From contig CAWBZV010000002.1 of NCBI GenBank assembly GCA_963793305.1, forward strand, positions 672,001 to 736,000: a stretch of DNA of 64,000 nucleotides, read 5' to 3'. The notes beneath the pieces were generated by a model, which was not told the origin of the DNA, searched no databases, and saw only the letters and a list, made by a program, of their open reading frames with translations. The DNA comes from an uncultured Gemmatimonadales bacterium (GTDB lineage Bacteria; Gemmatimonadota; Gemmatimonadetes; Gemmatimonadales; Gemmatimonadaceae). Below are positions 58,998 to 64,000 of this stretch, piece after piece. Each line of letters starts with the position of its first letter. Within the stretch, counting starts at the first letter, position 1. A program made the translations under genes and the position numbers.

Positions 58998-59704
58998 CCT
59001 GCGCTCGTGGGCGCGAGGGTCGCCAGCCGCTTCTGCGACGGCTCGTAGCTCGGGAATTTCGCCAGCGAGGCCTTGTAGTACTCGACGGCTTTGTCCTTGT
59101 TGCCTTTGTCTTCCTCGGCCAGGCCACGCGAATAGAGCATGACGGTCTCGAACGGTACTTTCTTGGCCGCCTCGACGTGGGCCTCGCTCACTTTCGTGTC
59201 CAGCGCCGGCAGTTTCATGCCGTTGACCATCGAATCCGCCAGCTGCGTGATCATCGTCAGGACATTGTCCGTTTTGCCCTGTACGCGAGCGACGTACTCG
59301 ACTTGCAATGTCTCGACGTTCACCGCGCGGCTGTTCAGGATCATCCGGCCGCTCTGATCGGCGATGAAACCGCCGAAGATCATGTGGTGCGCGCCGAGGA
59401 GCTTGCCGAGGCGAACGGCCGTGGACTGATCGACGCGCTTCGGGTCAATGTTCTGCTCATCCATCAGGTGCTGCAGTTGATCACGCTCGACGACGCGGAT
59501 CTGATTGTCCTGCGCGAGCTCGTTGATCAACATACCGGAGATGCCCTTGCTCAAGGCATCGAAATCTTCGTGCTGCTTCCCCATCGCGCCGTTGTCGAAG
59601 TACATGACGGCGACGGTCGGACGCGCGTCGGGCGTCTGCGCGGCGGCGACGCCCGCGAGCACGGCTAGTGTGGCGAACGCGTATCGGAACATTGGACGCC
59701 TCAT
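58994..59704 (-). CDS. Exported CsgG/HfaB/FlgO-like protein with C-terminal TPR
   Basis: Signal peptide; TVAVMYFDN, RVVERDQL, AVRLGKLLGA, VNVET; TPR-like YSRGL...AVEYYKASL...P. Confidence 0.75.
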   Translation of the reverse strand: MRRPMFRYAFATLAVLAGVAAAQTPDARPTVAVMYFDNGAMGKQHEDFDALSKGISGMLINELAQDNQIRVVERDQLQHLMDEQNIDPKRVDQSTAVRLGKLLGAHHMIFGGFIADQSGRMILNSRAVNVETLQVEYVARVQGKTDNVLTMITQLADSMVNGMKLPALDTKVSEAHVEAAKKVPFETVMLYSRGLAEEDKGNKDKAVEYYKASLAKFPSYEPSQKRLATLAPTSAG

Positions 59705-60561
59705 ACGGTCAACGTGAGCCCTTCGGCGGCAGCCAGAATTTCCAGCGTGCCACCCCGCCGGGCGACGAGCGAACGGCACTCGTCGGTCCGCCGGTCCACT
59801 TCGTCATCGGTGCGCTCAGGCTTGTGGTGGAACAACACGAGCCGTTCCACCTCCGCCTCGAGGGCCAACTCGACTGCGTCATCATAGGTCGAGTGTCCCC
59901 ACCCAACGTGCTGCCGGTACTCTTCGACGGTGAACATCGAGTCGTGCACCAAGACACTGGCCCCCTTACAGAAGGCGACCAGTGACTCATAATGCTCTGT
60001 CTGCCTCAACTCGTTGTCCGATATGTAGACGAGCGCGCGTTGAGGCTCGTTTCCGTTGGTCAACGCCGCGAAACGGTACCCTAATGCGCCGCCCGGGTGC
60101 TGTACCGGAAACGCCCGAACATCGAATGCCTTGTGTAGCGAGACGCGGTCGGACAGCTCTTTCACGTCGATCGTCGCGGCGAGTTGGTCGAACGCGACGG
60201 GAAAGACCACGGGGGACATCTGGTCGCGGACGACACGACTGAGGCTCGTCTCCATCGACTTGGAGCCCCAGATCGTAAAGTGGTTTCCCTCTTGGAAAAC
60301 CGGGGCGAAGAATGGCAAACCCTGGATGTGGTCCCAGTGCGCGTGCGTGAGGAAGATGTCCCCACGAATCGGCTGCCCGTTCGCGCGGTCGATCAGCGAG
60401 CGACCGAGCTCCCGAATGCCCGTGCCGGCGTCCAGGACGACGAGCAGGCCCTCCGGCGTCCGCAGTTCGACGCACGGCGTGTTCCCGCCATAGCGCACGG
60501 TCTGGGCGCCCGGGCTGGGTATAGAGCCACGCGTGCCCCAGAACCGTACGGTGAGCGTCAT
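59701..60561 (-). CDS. MBL-fold metallo-hydrolase (PhnP/RNase Z-like phosphodiesterase family)
   Basis: FWGTRGS, YGGNTPC, DAGTG, THAHWDHIQG, HPGG, SDNE, GWGHS, LFHH. Confidence 0.88.
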   Translation of the reverse strand: MTLTVRFWGTRGSIPSPGAQTVRYGGNTPCVELRTPEGLLVVLDAGTGIRELGRSLIDRANGQPIRGDIFLTHAHWDHIQGLPFFAPVFQEGNHFTIWGSKSMETSLSRVVRDQMSPVVFPVAFDQLAATIDVKELSDRVSLHKAFDVRAFPVQHPGGALGYRFAALTNGNEPQRALVYISDNELRQTEHYESLVAFCKGASVLVHDSMFTVEEYRQHVGWGHSTYDDAVELALEAEVERLVLFHHKPERTDDEVDRRTDECRSLVARRGGTLEILAAAEGLTLTV

Positions 60562-60645
60562 CGTGGGCGGCCGAGTCGTCCGATCATGCCGACAAACTTG
60601 CCGCCAACCGGTCACTTGGGGAAAGACGGAACGTCACGGCGCGGC

Positions 60646-60661
60646 GGTGACGCACGTCACA
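60646..60661. promoter_or_regulatory. CRP-binding box
   Basis: GGTGA-cgcacg-TCACA, 9/10 match to TGTGA-N6-TCACA; immediately after the crp stop and 85 bp upstream of the MBL gene. Confidence 0.7.
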
Positions 60662-61336
60662 CTATTCGCGCGCCTGAGCCCGAGCGAGGAGCGCGGCGCG
60701 ATCGGTGACCGAGATGCGCCGGCGCTCGACGCCGATCCACCCGGCGTCCTGAAACTCACGCATGGCGCGCGATACCGTCTCACGACTCGCCCCGATCATC
60801 TGCGCGATGGTCTGGTGGGTGAGCGGCTTGTCGATGGTGCCGCCGCCCGACTCATCGGCGAAATCGAGGAGCAGCCGGGCAATGCGACCTGGCACGTCGA
60901 GCAGGACAAGCCCGCCGATCTTCCCGTCGGCACGCCGCAAGCGGCGGGAGAGCTCGGACAAAAGCGCCCAAGCCACCGCGGGAGTCGCCTCGACTCGCCG
61001 CCGGAAGTCATCCCGCCGCAGCACGAGGAGCTTCGAGTCTTCCATCGCGATCACATGCGCCGACCGCGGCTGGTCGTCGATGAGCGACAGCTCGCCGAAA
61101 TGCTCGCCGACGCCGAGGACGCCAAGGATCACTTCACGGCCGTCCTCGCCAACCAGGACAACTTTGACGCGGCCTTCGCGCACGATATACAGGGAGTCGC
61201 CGGGGTCGTCCTCGAACAGGATGACGCTGCCTTTCGGGTAGTCTTTCTCGCGCGTCACCTCCGCGAACCGCTGGAGCTCGTCGGGCGGGATTTGCCCGAG
61301 GAGGGGAACCGTGGCGAGGAAGTCGGCTATTTCCAT
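60662..61336 (-). CDS. crp: Crp/Fnr-family regulator, cAMP-receptor type
   Basis: Cyclic-nucleotide pocket FGELSL...PRSA; HTH recognition helix GASRETVSR; start 61336 or 61351. Confidence 0.88.
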   Translation of the reverse strand: MEIADFLATVPLLGQIPPDELQRFAEVTREKDYPKGSVILFEDDPGDSLYIVREGRVKVVLVGEDGREVILGVLGVGEHFGELSLIDDQPRSAHVIAMEDSKLLVLRRDDFRRRVEATPAVAWALLSELSRRLRRADGKIGGLVLLDVPGRIARLLLDFADESGGGTIDKPLTHQTIAQMIGASRETVSRAMREFQDAGWIGVERRRISVTDRAALLARAQARE

Positions 61337-61415
61337 GCTGGGCGGGAACATAGGCCATTGGCACCGCTGGGAAAGGCCTATCAGTTTCCCAACGAACGAA
61401 GTAAGTTAAAAGGCT

Positions 61416-61618
61416 ATGAAAACCGACATACATCCAGAATACGCGACCGCGACGGTCGTCTGCGCGTGCGGCAATACGTTCGAGACGCGCTCGACCCAGG
61501 CGGAGATCCATACCGACATCTGCTCGAACTGCCACCCGTTCTACACTGGGAAGCAGAAGCTGGTCGACACTGCGGGACGCATTGAGCGGTTCCGGCAGAA
61601 GTACGGCGGGAAGAAAGA

Positions 61619-61622
<4 letters not shown>
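61416..61622 (+). CDS. rpmE: 50S ribosomal protein bL31 (Zn-binding type)
   Basis: [31 protein letters not shown]. Confidence 0.98.
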
Positions 61623-62672
<1,050 letters not shown>

Positions 62673-62689
<17 letters not shown>

Positions 62690-63494
62690 CTTGGTAGAGC
62701 AGGTTGCCGCCGTGCTCGGCACCCGACCCGATGCGCGCGATCTGGTGTCAGCGCTGCTCGATCGACCTCGGTCGTGGCCGGTGCTGCACGCCGGCGAGGC
62801 GGCGCCACGCGAGCTCGCCGAGCGCGCTGCCATGGCCGCTCGCATGATCAAGTCTGGCGCGCCGCTGGCGTACGCCGTCGGCCGCGCCGCGTTCAGGCAC
62901 CTCACGCTCAATGTCGATGAGCGGGTGCTGATCCCGCGGCCTGAGACTGAGGTGCTGGTCGACTTGGTACTGTCCGAGTGTCGAACGGGAACGGTCATCG
63001 ACCTGGGGACGGGGTCAGGCGCGATTGCTTTGGCCCTGGCAACTGAAGGCTCGTATACGCGTGTGATAGGCACAGATATCTCAACCGACGCACTGGCGGT
63101 CGCCGCGACGAACGTGAGCACCCTGGTCGAGTTGCGCCACGGCTCATGGTTCGCACCCATGCAGGGCATAAGGGCCTCGGCGATTGTCTCGAATCCACCG
63201 TACATTTCGTACGACGATGCCTTGGATGCGAGTGTCCGAGACTGGGAACCCCCGGTCGCGCTCCTCGCGGCGGATGGCGGAATGGCGGCGATCCGCGAGA
63301 TCGTGCGAGGGGCGCCGGCGGTGCTCGATCGCGGCGGCCTCCTGGCGCTCGAAGTCGATGCGCGGCGCGCGTCGTTGGCCGCCGAGCTGGTGATGTCGGA
63401 TGGGCGGTATGTCGAGTGCCACGTCCGACTCGACCTCGCGGGACGTGAGCGGTTCGTGTTGGCACGCTATATAGGATCGCACGATGACTCTTGA
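62673..63494 (+). CDS. prmC: Release factor glutamine methyltransferase
   Basis: [37 protein letters not shown] before TTG 62673. Confidence 0.95.
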
Positions 63495-63840
63495 AGAAAA
63501 GGCAGGAGAGCTCGGCCGCATGATCGGCCAAAGCTCCGAATATCAGGCCGTCAAGCGCGCCAACGAGGCGCTCAACGACGATCGCGAGGCCGTCGCGACG
63601 TTGCAGCAGATGGAGCGCGTCCGGCAGGAAGCGCAGCAGATGATCGAGCGCGGGGAGAACCCGACGCCCGAAATGGAACACCGGCTCGACGAGCTCCTGG
63701 GCAGCATTCAGGGGAAGACGGTCTATCAGCGAGCCGTCGCGGCCCAGGAGAACTTCGACAAGATCATGCTGCGCGTGAACAACTGGATCCTCGACGGCAT
63801 CCGCAAGGGTGCGACGAGCTCGATCATTACGCTCGGCTGA
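63484..63840 (+). CDS. YlbF/Com_YlbF-like helical protein
   Basis: KAGELGRMI, SSEYQ, D.EA pattern; all-helical, 118 aa. Confidence 0.65.
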   Translation: MTLEEKAGELGRMIGQSSEYQAVKRANEALNDDREAVATLQQMERVRQEAQQMIERGENPTPEMEHRLDELLGSIQGKTVYQRAVAAQENFDKIMLRVNNWILDGIRKGATSSIITLG

Positions 63841-63843
63841 CCC

Positions 63844-64000
63844 GTGTCGGGACGCCTGGTCGTGCTCGAGGGCGCGGATGGCGTCGGCAAGACGACCCAG
63901 GTCGAGCGGCTCATCGCCCACCTGCGCGAGCGTGGTATCGATGCCGTGTCCCTGCGCGAGCCGGGTGGCACCCCCCTCGGCGAGCGCATCCGGGCGATCC
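63844..64000 (+). CDS. tmk: Thymidylate kinase, 3' truncated by window edge
   Basis: Translates as MSGRLVVLEGADGVGKTTQ...LREPGGTPLGERIR. Confidence 0.93.
   Translation, partial: MSGRLVVLEGADGVGKTTQVERLIAHLRERGIDAVSLREPGGTPLGERIRAI

Noticed and set aside
60558..60587. 9-codon upstream ORF whose TGA overlaps the MBL gene ATG
   Set aside because: Too short to distinguish from chance without conservation or Ribo-seq data

Overview
A gene-dense, high-GC bacterial chromosome segment with about 60 CDS. Gene content suggests Gemmatimonadota (inference): ADOP/PadR pair, many Ser/Thr kinases, BTAD fusion, bshB1, short RpoD-family sigma. I found no rRNA, tRNA, CRISPR array, transposase or integrase. 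Contents in order: a membrane glycosyltransferase, bshB1 behind a kinase/BTAD-pseudokinase pair, a TolC-MFP-ABC export operon, a large NtrY-like histidine kinase coupled to a pseudokinase-kinase tandem, an ECF sigma/anti-sigma cassette, metabolic genes, a small defence-like islet around comM (HipA TA pair, DUF3883-like nuclease), a long housekeeping run (larE, thpR, NtrX-like regulator, lepB, sigma70, yajQ, rimO, hemL, lnt), a Crp-linked cyclic-nucleotide operon, and rpmE-prfA-prmC-ylbF-like-tmk. Four single-base insertions break otherwise intact genes and are probably sequencing errors. Main observations: (1) a near-perfect CRP box directly after a canonical crp, ahead of an MBL-hydrolase/CsgG-TPR/GAF-HD-GYP operon; (2) a recurrent TAnnTT/TAnnnT element 5-10 nt before many start codons, implying leaderless transcripts; (3) two probable CTG starts in CTGA stop/start overlaps, including prfA; (4) two pseudokinase-kinase pairings; (5) two divergent genes starting on one CATG; (6) related hairpin clusters with GNA triloops. 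All annotations come from motif recognition by eye; no searches were run.
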